Part shown: positions 30,404 to 39,393 of the stretch, one piece after another
Position numbering within the stretch: the first letter of the stretch is position 1
Layout of the letters: every line of letters starts with the position of its first letter
From: an uncultured Sulfuricella sp.
Lineage (GTDB): Bacteria; Pseudomonadota; Gammaproteobacteria; Burkholderiales; Sulfuricellaceae
Reading direction: 5' to 3'
Assembly: GCA_964384915.1 (NCBI GenBank)
Contig: CAYLMA010000001.1
Location: forward strand, 120,225 to 184,224
Length of the DNA stretch: 64,000 nt
Program-made: the position numbers and the translations under genes
The notes under the pieces: generated by a model
Databases searched by the model: none
Seen by the model: only the letters and a program-made list of their open reading frames with translations
Told to the model about the DNA's origin: nothing

Positions 30404-31618
30404 ATGGCAGTCGCGAAAAGAGCAGCGGTAAAAGAATACAACTTCAGTTGGGAAGCCAAGGACAAAAAGGGCAAGATTGTCAAGGGCGACATGGTGGCGG
30501 CGACCGAAACCGTCGTCAATGCCACGCTGCGCCGCCAGGGCCTGAACGTAATGCGCATCAAGAAGCAGCGCACGCGAGGCGGCAAGATCACCGACAAGGA
30601 CATCACGCTTTTTACCCGCCAGCTTTCCACCATGATGAAAGCCGGCGTGCCGCTGCTGCAGTCGTTCGACATCGTGGGCAAGGGGCACAGCAACCCGGCG
30701 GTGCAAAAACTGCTGCTCGACATCAAGTCCGACATTTCCACCGGCAGCAGCATGAGCCAGGCATTCAAGAAATTCCCCATATATTTCGACGACCTCTACT
30801 GCAACCTGATCAATGCCGGCGAGCAGGCCGGCATTCTCGATACCATCCTCGACCGCCTGGCCACCTACAAGGAAAAAATCCAGGCCATCAAGGGCAAGAT
30901 CAAGGCAGCCCTGTTTTACCCCGTCTCGATTATTGTCGTCGCCTTCGTGATCACCGCGGTGATCATGATTTTCGTGATCCCGGCCTTCAAGGAGCTGTTC
31001 ACCAGTTTCGGCGCCGACTTGCCGGCGCCAACACTGTTTATCATGGCCATCTCCGACTTCTTTGTCAGCTACTGGTATCTGATTTTCGGCGGCCTCGGCG
31101 GCGGCTTATGGTTCTTCTTCTACACCTGGAGACGCTCGCGCGCCATGCAGGAAGTGATGGACAGGCTGTTTCTGAAACTTCCGATTTTTGGCGCGGTAAT
31201 CGAGAAGGCCACCATCGCCCGCTGGAGCCGCACCCTGGCCACCATGTTCGCTGCCGGCGTGCCGCTGGTGGAAGCCATGGAGTCCGTGGCAGGCGCGGCC
31301 GGCAATATCGTTTACTACAACGCCACCAAGAAAATCCAGAGCGAGGTCAGCACCGGCACCAGCCTCACGGTGGCCATGCAGAACACCAACCTGTTCCCCA
31401 ATATGGTGTTGCAGATGGTCACCATAGGCGAGGAGTCCGGCTCGCTCGATTCCATGCTGAGCAAAGTCGCCGATTTTTACGAGGCGGAGGTGGACGATGC
31501 GGTGGAAGCGCTGGCCAGCCTGATGGAACCGATCATCATGGTGGTGCTCGGCACACTCATCGGCGGCATGGTAGTCGCCATGTATCTGCCGATCTTCAAA
31601 ATGGGCCAAGTGGTTTAA
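30404..31618 (+). CDS. pilC: Type IV pilus platform protein PilC
   Basis: Two GspF-type repeats; TRQLSTMMKAGVPLLQS and TLATMFAAGVPLVEA. Confidence 0.93.
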   Translation: MAVAKRAAVKEYNFSWEAKDKKGKIVKGDMVAATETVVNATLRRQGLNVMRIKKQRTRGGKITDKDITLFTRQLSTMMKAGVPLLQSFDIVGKGHSNPAVQKLLLDIKSDISTGSSMSQAFKKFPIYFDDLYCNLINAGEQAGILDTILDRLATYKEKIQAIKGKIKAALFYPVSIIVVAFVITAVIMIFVIPAFKELFTSFGADLPAPTLFIMAISDFFVSYWYLIFGGLGGGLWFFFYTWRRSRAMQEVMDRLFLKLPIFGAVIEKATIARWSRTLATMFAAGVPLVEAMESVAGAAGNIVYYNATKKIQSEVSTGTSLTVAMQNTNLFPNMVLQMVTIGEESGSLDSMLSKVADFYEAEVDDAVEALASLMEPIIMVVLGTLIGGMVVAMYLPIFKMGQVV

Positions 31619-31623
31619 GCCAC

Positions 31624-31663
31624 GGGCGGGTTTAGTTTCCTCCAGAGGAAGCGAAACCCGCCC
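31624..31663 (+). other. Intercistronic stem-loop between pilC and pilD
   Basis: gggcgggtttagtttcctc pairs with gaggaagcgaaacccgccc (19-nt arms, 2 mismatches). No T run follows, so probably not a full terminator. Confidence 0.4.
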
Positions 31664-31684
31664 ACCCAACCCTGGAACCCCCTG

Positions 31685-32563
31685 ATGGAAATATTGCAAC
31701 TCCTCCAAACCACCCCGCTGGTTTTCATAGCCCTGCTTGGCCTGCTTGGCCTGATGGTGGGCAGCTTCCTGAATGTCGCCATCCATCGCCTGCCCCGGAT
31801 GATGGAGGCGGAGTGGCGCGAACAGTGCGCCTCGCTGGATGCCGACCCAACACAAGCCGCGGCGGCGCCAACCGGCCCGCGCTACAACCTGGTCGTCCCG
31901 CGCTCCGCCTGCCCCGCCTGCGGACATCAGATCCGGGCGCTGGAAAACATTCCCGTGCTGAGTTACCTGGCGCTGCGCGGCCGCTGTTCCCAGTGCAAAA
32001 CCCGCATCAGCCCGCGCTACCCGCTCGTGGAAACACTGACGGGCGTGCTCAGCGCCTTTGTCGCATGGCATTTTGGCTTTGGCGCCGCGGCGCTGAGCGC
32101 GCTGGTGTTCGTATGGGCGCTGATTGCGCTGACCTTCATCGACTTCGATACCCACCTGCTGCCCGACAGCATCACCCAGCCGCTGCTCTGGCTTGGGCTG
32201 CTGGTCAATTTCGGCGGCACTTTTACCGGGCTCCAGTCCGCCGTCATCGGCGCGGTAGCCGGTTACCTCATCCTGTGGGGTGTTTACTGGCTGTTCAAGC
32301 TCACCACCGGCAAGGAAGGCATGGGCTTCGGCGATTTCAAGCTGCTTGCCGCCATCGGCGCCTGGCTGGGCTGGCAGGTTCTGCCGCTGACCATTCTGCT
32401 GTCCTCGCTGGTAGGGGCGGTGGTAGGCATCACACTCATCCTGTTCGCCGGACATGGCCGCCAGATCCCCATCCCCTTCGGCCCCTACCTCGCCGGCGGC
32501 GGTTTAATCGCGCTATTCTGGGGACAGTCCATTACGCAGGCCTATCTCGGGGTTGCATTCTGA
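31685..32563 (+). CDS. pilD: Prepilin peptidase / N-methyltransferase PilD
   Basis: Cys-rich N-terminal methyltransferase region (CPACGH...CSQC) and peptidase A24 motifs GFGDFKLL. Confidence 0.93.
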   Translation: MEILQLLQTTPLVFIALLGLLGLMVGSFLNVAIHRLPRMMEAEWREQCASLDADPTQAAAAPTGPRYNLVVPRSACPACGHQIRALENIPVLSYLALRGRCSQCKTRISPRYPLVETLTGVLSAFVAWHFGFGAAALSALVFVWALIALTFIDFDTHLLPDSITQPLLWLGLLVNFGGTFTGLQSAVIGAVAGYLILWGVYWLFKLTTGKEGMGFGDFKLLAAIGAWLGWQVLPLTILLSSLVGAVVGITLILFAGHGRQIPIPFGPYLAGGGLIALFWGQSITQAYLGVAF

Positions 32564-32565
32564 GC

Positions 32566-33171
32566 GTGCTGGCAATTGGACTGACCGGCGGCATTGGTTG
32601 CGGCAAAAGCACTGTGGCGGAACTGTTCGCCGAACTGGGCGTTTCCATTATCGACACCGACCAGATCGCCCGCCGGCTCACCTCAGCAGGCCAACCCGCC
32701 CTGGCCGCCATCGCAAATAAATTCGGTACGGATTTTCTGCTCCCGGATGGCAACCTGAACCGCCCCCTCATGCGTCATGCAATTTTTGCATCCCCCGAAG
32801 CCAAGGAAAAACTTGAAGCCATCCTCCACCCCCTGATCCGCGCAGAAGTCAGGCGCCGCCTCGCGCTGGCGCAATCCCCCTATGCCATGATTGCCGTGCC
32901 GCTATTACTGGAAACCGGGGCCTACCGGGAAATTGTGCAGCGGGTTCTGGTCGTGGATTGCAGCGAAGCACAGCAAGTGGAACGGGTCGTGGCGCGCAAT
33001 GGCCTGGATGAAACCGAAGTCCGCGCCATCATGGCCCATCAGCTCAGCCGCCAGGAGCGGCTACGCCAAGCGGACGACATCATAGACAATCACGGCAACC
33101 CCTCCTCACTGAGCTTGCAGGCGGAGCAGTTGCATCAGCGCTACCTGAAACTGGCAAACGCTCAGGGTTGA
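32566..33171 (+). CDS. coaE: Dephospho-CoA kinase
   Basis: GTG start 3 nt after the pilD stop; IGLTGGIGCGKST P-loop. Conserved pilBCD-coaE order. Confidence 0.9.
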   Translation: MLAIGLTGGIGCGKSTVAELFAELGVSIIDTDQIARRLTSAGQPALAAIANKFGTDFLLPDGNLNRPLMRHAIFASPEAKEKLEAILHPLIRAEVRRRLALAQSPYAMIAVPLLLETGAYREIVQRVLVVDCSEAQQVERVVARNGLDETEVRAIMAHQLSRQERLRQADDIIDNHGNPSSLSLQAEQLHQRYLKLANAQG

Positions 33172-34592
33172 GGCGGCTTACGCATCTCCTTTTCCAGTTC
33201 GCGCAACTGGCGCAGACGCGCCTCCGCCATCGAAAGCTGGTAGAAATCGCCGTCCCGGTTTTTTAGGGCAATCTGCAACTGCACGATCGCTTCGGCCAGA
33301 CTACCCTGCAAGACATAAGCCTCCGCCAGTGCGCGGTGCTGCGGCACGATCTTGCCCAGCGCGGCATAGGCCTGGGCCTGAAGCATATACAGGCGGACAT
33401 CGTTATCACGGTTTTTCAAGGCGCCGCTCACCAGATCGAGCGCTTCAGCGGCCGCGCCGGTTTGCAGCATGGTTTCGGCACAGCCATGGATCAGGGCACG
33501 GTGACCGGGAAAGCGTTTCAAACCGCCGCGGCAGGCATCGAGCGCCGCCCCAGGCTGCCTCGCCGCGATCCTGATCCGCATCGCCAGCACGTCGAACATG
33601 GGGTGCGGCCCCTGCTTGCGCGCCAAGGCCAACTCACGCTCTGCCCGGATGTAGTCCTTGCTGCGCAACAGCGCACTGGCCAGGCCAAAATGCTGCGCGG
33701 CTTCATTTCTGTATTTCTTTTCCGCAAGCGCCACTTCAAACACCTTGATCGCATTCTGGGGCGAGCCTTCCTCGGCTTCCAGTTTTGCCCTCACCAGCTG
33801 GAAATCCAGACTGTCCGGCACCTGGCGGTAAGGCAGCGCCTCCACCCGGTTTTGCACATCTGCGATACGTTCGGTGGTCAGTGGGTGGGTACGCAAATAC
33901 ACCGGAGCATTGTTTTCATACAGGCGGCCATACTTCTGCATGCGCCCAAAAAAGTCGGCCATCGCGCGGGGGTCGAACCCTGAGGCCCCCAGAATCTGGA
34001 GGCCGATGCGATCCGCCTCCCTCTCATGTTCACGCGTGTAATCGAGCTGGCTCTGGATACCGGTTGCCTGCGCCGTCGCCAGTGCGGCATTCGCCATCTG
34101 GGGATTGGAGCGGGCTGCCAGAATGGCCACCGCCAATGCGGCAAGCGTAGTCAATGTATTCTTCTGCGTCCCGGCGATCACCCGCGCCAGATGGCGTTGG
34201 GTGACATGGGAAATCTCATGCGCCAGCACGCTGGCCAATTCTGATTCGCTCTGTGCCGAAAGAATCAGCCCGCTATGCACGCCGATAAAACCGCCCGGCA
34301 ACGCAAACGCATTAAGTGTATTGTCACGCAGCGCAAAAAACTCAAAGCTGCGGCCTGAATCCTGGCTGTTGGCAATCAGCCGAGCGCCCAGTGCATTGAG
34401 ATAATCCGTCACCTCGGCGTCTCCCATCAGGGAGCGGCCGGCACGGATATCCGCCATGATGGATTCGCCGATGCGCTGTTCCTGCAGGGAAGAAAATACT
34501 GCCTGAGAAGATTCGCCCAGATCGGGCAATTCACTGGCCAGAGCATGGGGGAGAAAGCCCCCTAGAAACAGCAGTAAATAAATCAATTTCAT
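33162..34592 (-). CDS. bepA: Periplasmic M48 zinc metalloprotease with TPR domain (BepA/YfgC-like)
   Basis: Signal peptide MKLIYLLLFLGGFLPHALA, HEISH zinc motif, TPR-like C-terminal half. Start set at the ATG rc 34590-34592. Confidence 0.75.
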   Translation of the reverse strand: MKLIYLLLFLGGFLPHALASELPDLGESSQAVFSSLQEQRIGESIMADIRAGRSLMGDAEVTDYLNALGARLIANSQDSGRSFEFFALRDNTLNAFALPGGFIGVHSGLILSAQSESELASVLAHEISHVTQRHLARVIAGTQKNTLTTLAALAVAILAARSNPQMANAALATAQATGIQSQLDYTREHEREADRIGLQILGASGFDPRAMADFFGRMQKYGRLYENNAPVYLRTHPLTTERIADVQNRVEALPYRQVPDSLDFQLVRAKLEAEEGSPQNAIKVFEVALAEKKYRNEAAQHFGLASALLRSKDYIRAERELALARKQGPHPMFDVLAMRIRIAARQPGAALDACRGGLKRFPGHRALIHGCAETMLQTGAAAEALDLVSGALKNRDNDVRLYMLQAQAYAALGKIVPQHRALAEAYVLQGSLAEAIVQLQIALKNRDGDFYQLSMAEARLRQLRELEKEMRKPPQP

Positions 34593-34646
34593 GGTGCTAT
34601 GATAGCCGCTCGCAGCATTAAGTTCATGAGTTAAAGAGGTGACGTA

Positions 34647-35129
34647 GTGAATCAACTGACACATTTCGATGCACAAGGGCAGGCTCACATGGTGGACGTG
34701 GGCGCCAAGGACGAAACCCGGCGCATCGCCCGTGCCGCGGGCAATATCCGGATGCAACCGGAAACCCTGCAGCTCATCCTTTCCGGTAACGCAAAAAAGG
34801 GCGACGTCCTCGGCATCGCACGCATCGCCGCAATCCAGGGCGCGAAACGCACCGCAGACCTGATTCCCCTCTGCCATCCGCTGGCGCTGACCAGAGTGGC
34901 CGCCGAATTCAATGTTGACCAGGCCGGCTCAACGATCGAATGCGAGGTGATCGCCGAAACCCTGGGGCGCACCGGGGTTGAAATGGAAGCGTTGACCGCT
35001 GTCAGCGCCGGTTTGCTGACCATCTACGATATGTGCAAGGCCGCAGACCGTGGCATGCAGATCGGCGCCATCCGCCTGCTGGAAAAGAAGGGCGGGAAAT
35101 CCGGACACTGGACCCGAGAAACCGATTGA
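34647..35129 (+). CDS. moaC: Cyclic pyranopterin monophosphate synthase MoaC
   Basis: [37 protein letters not shown] start. Confidence 0.93.
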   Translation: MNQLTHFDAQGQAHMVDVGAKDETRRIARAAGNIRMQPETLQLILSGNAKKGDVLGIARIAAIQGAKRTADLIPLCHPLALTRVAAEFNVDQAGSTIECEVIAETLGRTGVEMEALTAVSAGLLTIYDMCKAADRGMQIGAIRLLEKKGGKSGHWTRETD

Positions 35130-35133
35130 TGCC

Positions 35134-35850
35134 ACCGGGCAATCTGCTGAAGAACGGGGTTCTGCGGCTGCAAAATATTCATGGCCGGATACCGCTGAAG
35201 ATAAGGTGGCGGATCCGAGCAACTCGCTCATCCCTTCTCAGCTGGGAAATGTCGAGCAGATTCTGACCGGTTGGGCGCGGTTCCGAAGTGCAGGGCGCGG
35301 GCATCGGCCTCATCATCGCGCGCCACATGATCGAGTTGATGGGTAGAGCAATTGGGGTGAAAAGCGAGGCAGGCCGGGGCAGCACATTCTGGATCGAACT
35401 CAACCTCGGCCATAGCCCGGCCCTCCCGGCGGCAGAGGGCCGGGGCACAGCCGGCGAGTCCGCATCGGAATCCAAGGTGCGCCGCTGCGTGTTGTATATC
35501 GAGGATAACCCCGCCAACCTCAAGCTGGTTGCCCAGATTCTCACCAAACGCATTGACTTTGACCTGATCACGGCCCATACCGGCGAACCGGGACTACTAC
35601 AGGCTCGCAAACACCAGCCCGAATTGATCATCTCGATATCAACCTGCCAGGCATGGACGGCATCGAACTACGCGCTCGGCTGCGCCTGTTCGAGGGAACC
35701 CGGAATATCCCGGTAATCGCCCTGTCAGCCAAAGCTCGGCCTCGCGATATCGAACGTGCGCTGCAGGCCGGCTTTCAGGACTATGTGACCAAACCGATTG
35801 AAATCGACAAATTACTCGCCGCAATTGATAAAGTGATTCAAAATAAAAAC
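35134..35850 (+). pseudogene. Decayed hybrid histidine kinase (only ATPase tail + receiver remain, multiple frame disruptions)
   Basis: G2 box EVQGAGIGL and GSTFWIEL are preceded by an in-frame TGA (35264-35266). Receiver VLYIEDNPANLKLV breaks at ~35631 (ELIIS/ISTCQ) and resumes in another frame as (DINLPG)MDGIELR...VIALSA...YVTKP. No H-box or sensor region after the moaC stop. Confidence 0.7.
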
Positions 35851-35881
35851 CTTCCTGATCTCGCCGGGGAAAAAACCGCTA

Positions 35882-36943
35882 ATGGACAGCCTGAAAACAG
35901 CAAAAATACTGATCGTAGACGATCAGGCGCCCAACGTCGTTCTGGTGGAAAAAATGCTGCGCGCGGATGGCTACTGCAACGTTTACTCCACCACCGATCC
36001 GCGCCAAGTGATCGAACTCTATGCCGAACATCACTTCGACCTGGTTTTGCTGGACCTCAACATGCCCTATCTCAACGGCTTCGAAGTAATGCAAAAGCTC
36101 AACGAACTGGAACCCGGCAACTACGTGCCCGTGCTGGTGCTGACCGCCCAGCCTGACATGAAAACCCGGCTGCAGGCACTGGAATCCGGCGCACGCGATT
36201 TCCTTACCAAACCCTTCGACCGGCTGGAAGTATTGACCCGTATTCGCAACATGCTGGAAGTGCGCTTGATGCACAAACAGATCCGCGACCAGAACCGGAT
36301 TCTCGAGGAAAAAGTCCGTGAGCGCACCCGTGAGCTGGCCGATACGCGTTTCGAAATCATCCGCCGCCTCGGCCGCGCGGCGGAGTATCGCGACAACGAA
36401 ACCGGGCTGCACATCATCCGCATGAGCAAATACTCTCAACTCCTGGGCCGCGCGGCAGGCATGAGCGAGGACGATGCCGAAATGCTGCTCAACGCCAGCC
36501 CGATGCATGACATCGGTAAAATCGGCATTCCCGACAGCATCCTGCTCAAGCCTGGAAAGCTCGACCCGGATCAATGGGAAATCATGAAAACCCACTCCGC
36601 GATCGGGGCGGAAATCCTTTCCGGCCACCCTTCCGAACTTATGACCATGGCCAGCCAGATTGCCCTCACCCACCACGAGAAATGGGATGGCTCAGGCTAC
36701 CCGAACGGCCTGAAAGGCGAGGAAATTCCGCTGGCGGGGCGTGTCGTCGCTGTTTGTGATGTTTTCGACGCGCTCACCACTGCGCGCCCTTACAAAAAAG
36801 CCTGGCCGGTGGAAGACGCGATCGGCTATATCAACGAAAACTGCGGCAAGCACTTTGATCCCAGACTGGCGCAATTGTGTCCGGATGTCCTGCCTGCCAT
36901 TCTGGAAATCCGCGAACGCTATGCGGAACCCGACGCCAGCTGA
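35882..36943 (+). CDS. Response regulator with HD-GYP domain (RpfG family c-di-GMP phosphodiesterase)
   Basis: REC (ILIVDDQ, LVLLDLNMP, TKP) followed by HDIGK and HHEKWDGSGYP. Confidence 0.88.
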   Translation: MDSLKTAKILIVDDQAPNVVLVEKMLRADGYCNVYSTTDPRQVIELYAEHHFDLVLLDLNMPYLNGFEVMQKLNELEPGNYVPVLVLTAQPDMKTRLQALESGARDFLTKPFDRLEVLTRIRNMLEVRLMHKQIRDQNRILEEKVRERTRELADTRFEIIRRLGRAAEYRDNETGLHIIRMSKYSQLLGRAAGMSEDDAEMLLNASPMHDIGKIGIPDSILLKPGKLDPDQWEIMKTHSAIGAEILSGHPSELMTMASQIALTHHEKWDGSGYPNGLKGEEIPLAGRVVAVCDVFDALTTARPYKKAWPVEDAIGYINENCGKHFDPRLAQLCPDVLPAILEIRERYAEPDAS

Positions 36944-36957
36944 GAGACGCACAAACC

Positions 36958-38631
36958 ATGACCACAACCGAACCCGACCTCGCCCAGCGCCTGCAATTGC
37001 TGCAGGACGAGTTCGCGCGGCAGCTACCGGAAAAACTCGCGCATCTCGAGACGACCTGGAGCGAAGTCAAGGGCGGCAATCTCAGCCTGTTACCCATGCT
37101 TCACCGGCTTGCGCACAGCCTGACCGGCGCAGGCGCCACTTTCGGCTTCATCGAATTAAGCCGCGCGTCGCGCTCGCTGGAACAGGCGCTTCAGGCGCGG
37201 CTTGCTGGCGGCGCCGGCATTAGCGAGACGCAAGCTTCACATATCGGCAAGCTGATACAGCATGTTCATGAGAGCACCAAGCTGGCACCCAGCGCAGGAA
37301 TGATCAACATGCTCAACACAGAGGATGTTCCGGCCAGCGCATCCCCTCTGCCGGAAGATGCCCGCCTGATTTACCTGATCGAGGACGATGCGCTGCTTGC
37401 CGAACACCTGTCCGCCCAGATCAGCCATTTCGGCTATACCGTGCGCATTTTTTCCCGCCCCGAAGAGGCGCGGAAAAATATCCAGCGGAAAGCGCCGGCT
37501 GCGATTATTTCTGATATTTCCTTTGCCGAGGGGGAAAAAGCCGGCATCGAATCCATGCTTGCCTTGCGCCATGCTGGTTACGCCCTGCCGCCCCTGATTT
37601 TCATCTCCTCGCGCAAAGACTTCCTGACACGCCTGGAAGCCATCCGGGCTGGAGGCCTGGCCTACATCCACAAACCGGCCGACATCGGCGGACTGATCGA
37701 CAAGCTCGACAAACTGACCTCAACTGCCCGGCCAGAACCTTTCAGGGTGCTTATCGTTGAAGACACGGCTCTTCTGGCAGCGGTCTATGCCCAAACTCTG
37801 GAACAGGCAGGGATGGTTACGCGCAGGGTAAACGACCCGATGCAGGTAATGGAAACACTCGAGGATTTCAGCCCCGAGCTGATCCTGATGGACATCAACA
37901 TGCCGGGGGCCAGCGGAGAGGAAGTCGCTCAGGTGCTGCGGCAACAGGAAATCCACGTCAGCGTGCCCATCGCCTTCCTCTCCGGAGAAACGGACAAGGG
38001 CAGGCAGCTTGCCGCCATGGGCCACGGAGGAGACGATTTCCTGGTCAAGCCGATCCAGCCGGAGCACTTGATTGCCTCTGTCACCAGCCGCATCGAACGC
38101 TACCGGATACTGCGCAATTTCATGGTGCGTGACAGCCTGACCGGGCTCTTGAACCATACCAAAACCAAGGAACAACTGGATGTCGAAATCGAGCGCGCAA
38201 GACGCCAGAACCGCCCACTATCTTTCGCCATGATTGACCTCGACCACTTCAAACGCGTCAACGACACTTACGGCCACCCAACTGGAGATAAAGTACTCAA
38301 AAGCCTGGCGCGGCTATTGCAGCAGCGCCTGCGCAAAGTGGACGTGATCGGCCGCTATGGCGGCGAAGAATTTGCCGTCATTCTCACCGACACCAGCGGC
38401 CCCGATGCAGTGCGCATCCTGGACAGCATCCGCAAGGATCTGGCGCAAATCCGCCAGCATGGCGAGAATACCGAATTTAGCGTCACGTTCAGCTGCGGAG
38501 TCGCCTCTTATCCCGACTTCGCCACCCCTGAAGCCATCAATAGCGCAGCCGACAAAGCCCTGTACCGCGCCAAGCATGATGGCCGCAACCGGGTGGTTCT
38601 GGCGGCATACAAGCTCAAGCAGAAAGATTAA
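36958..38631 (+). CDS. Hpt-REC-REC-GGDEF diguanylate cyclase
   Basis: N-terminal Hpt (LHRLAHSLTGAGATFG), two receiver-like domains, GGDEF domain with RYGGEEF. Start set at the ATG at 36958. Confidence 0.85.
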   Translation: MTTTEPDLAQRLQLLQDEFARQLPEKLAHLETTWSEVKGGNLSLLPMLHRLAHSLTGAGATFGFIELSRASRSLEQALQARLAGGAGISETQASHIGKLIQHVHESTKLAPSAGMINMLNTEDVPASASPLPEDARLIYLIEDDALLAEHLSAQISHFGYTVRIFSRPEEARKNIQRKAPAAIISDISFAEGEKAGIESMLALRHAGYALPPLIFISSRKDFLTRLEAIRAGGLAYIHKPADIGGLIDKLDKLTSTARPEPFRVLIVEDTALLAAVYAQTLEQAGMVTRRVNDPMQVMETLEDFSPELILMDINMPGASGEEVAQVLRQQEIHVSVPIAFLSGETDKGRQLAAMGHGGDDFLVKPIQPEHLIASVTSRIERYRILRNFMVRDSLTGLLNHTKTKEQLDVEIERARRQNRPLSFAMIDLDHFKRVNDTYGHPTGDKVLKSLARLLQQRLRKVDVIGRYGGEEFAVILTDTSGPDAVRILDSIRKDLAQIRQHGENTEFSVTFSCGVASYPDFATPEAINSAADKALYRAKHDGRNRVVLAAYKLKQKD

Positions 38632-38642
38632 GGAGTACCGAC

Positions 38643-39044
38643 ATGTTTGAGTACATGTTTTTTGATGAGGAACTACGCCAGCGTTTTGCATCTTATGCGC
38701 GCTCGCGGGGCGTTGAATGCTTTTTCCCTGAGGACGGCATGGGGCTCTTGGCCGCCACTTCCGAAGACATAAGCGAGGCAGTTTCCGATGAACTGGACAA
38801 CTATTACGATGAATTGATGGAGGAGCAGGCCGACCGGGTCGATGCAACCGATGGCGAAGCGACCCATCAGGCTGCCGGCGTTCGCGTCACGCTCTCCGAT
38901 GGAAGTCCCTGCATGATCAAACTCGAACCGTCTCTGGCCAACCGCCTGCTTGCCGCGTTTACACTCGAGGAAATGCAGGAGCTGGTCAACGCCATCGCCC
39001 GGAGTGTGGAAAACCCCGAAAACGGGCCGCTGTGCAAGCGCTGA
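38643..39044 (+). CDS. Small acidic hypothetical protein
   Basis: 133-aa ORF with AAGGAG RBS, 11 nt after the cyclase stop. Family not recognised. Confidence 0.5.
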   Translation: MFEYMFFDEELRQRFASYARSRGVECFFPEDGMGLLAATSEDISEAVSDELDNYYDELMEEQADRVDATDGEATHQAAGVRVTLSDGSPCMIKLEPSLANRLLAAFTLEEMQELVNAIARSVENPENGPLCKR

Positions 39045-39100
39045 TCAAGGATTCAACAATTTAGATTAGGTCTACTTATTAACTGATTAAAAAATTCCAG

Positions 39101-39129
39101 TTGAGCATATACTGGTTTTCTTGATAAAT
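39101..39129 (+). promoter_or_regulatory. Candidate sigma70-type promoter for the soe operon
   Basis: TTGAGC, 17-nt spacer, ATAAAT, in an AT-rich spacer. Would give a leader of about 260 nt. Confidence 0.25.
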
Positions 39130-39195
39130 TCGCATGACTTAGCAGGACTGTGCCATGCCCTTTCTGCCCGCCCCGAGGCTCTGCCACAGGGCCAC

Positions 39196-39281
39196 AATCA
39201 AATTCAATCCGCCTGCTTTCCCTGAAACGATGGAAGAGACTGCGTCCGGTGGCTGTTACCGGCGAGGGGAGGAATTTGATT
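39196..39281 (+). promoter_or_regulatory. Candidate structured leader element upstream of soeA
   Basis: Perfect 10-bp closing stem aatcaaattc (39196-39205) pairs with gaatttgatt (39272-39281). It encloses short hairpins (ttcc/ggaa; ccggt/accgg). Class not recognised. Confidence 0.3.
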
Positions 39282-39393
39282 TGGTAAATTAGAAAACGCT
39301 GTTTTATTAATAGACGAAAACGCCGTCTGAAACCTGTGGAAGCTATGAGACCCTGCCGTTCAAGGGGCTCGCAAACTACTGAAAAGGCTCTTA

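Noticed and set aside
31813-32565. Upstream 250 codons of the 452-aa ORF that ends as coaE
   Set aside because: This part is pilD read out of frame. coaE begins at the GTG at 32566, right after the pilD stop, with its P-loop near the N-terminus.
39196-39281. Calling the soeA leader element a Moco riboswitch
   Set aside because: I could not reproduce the conserved Moco motif features from the sequence, and the element is shorter than that class. It is kept only as an unclassified candidate structure.
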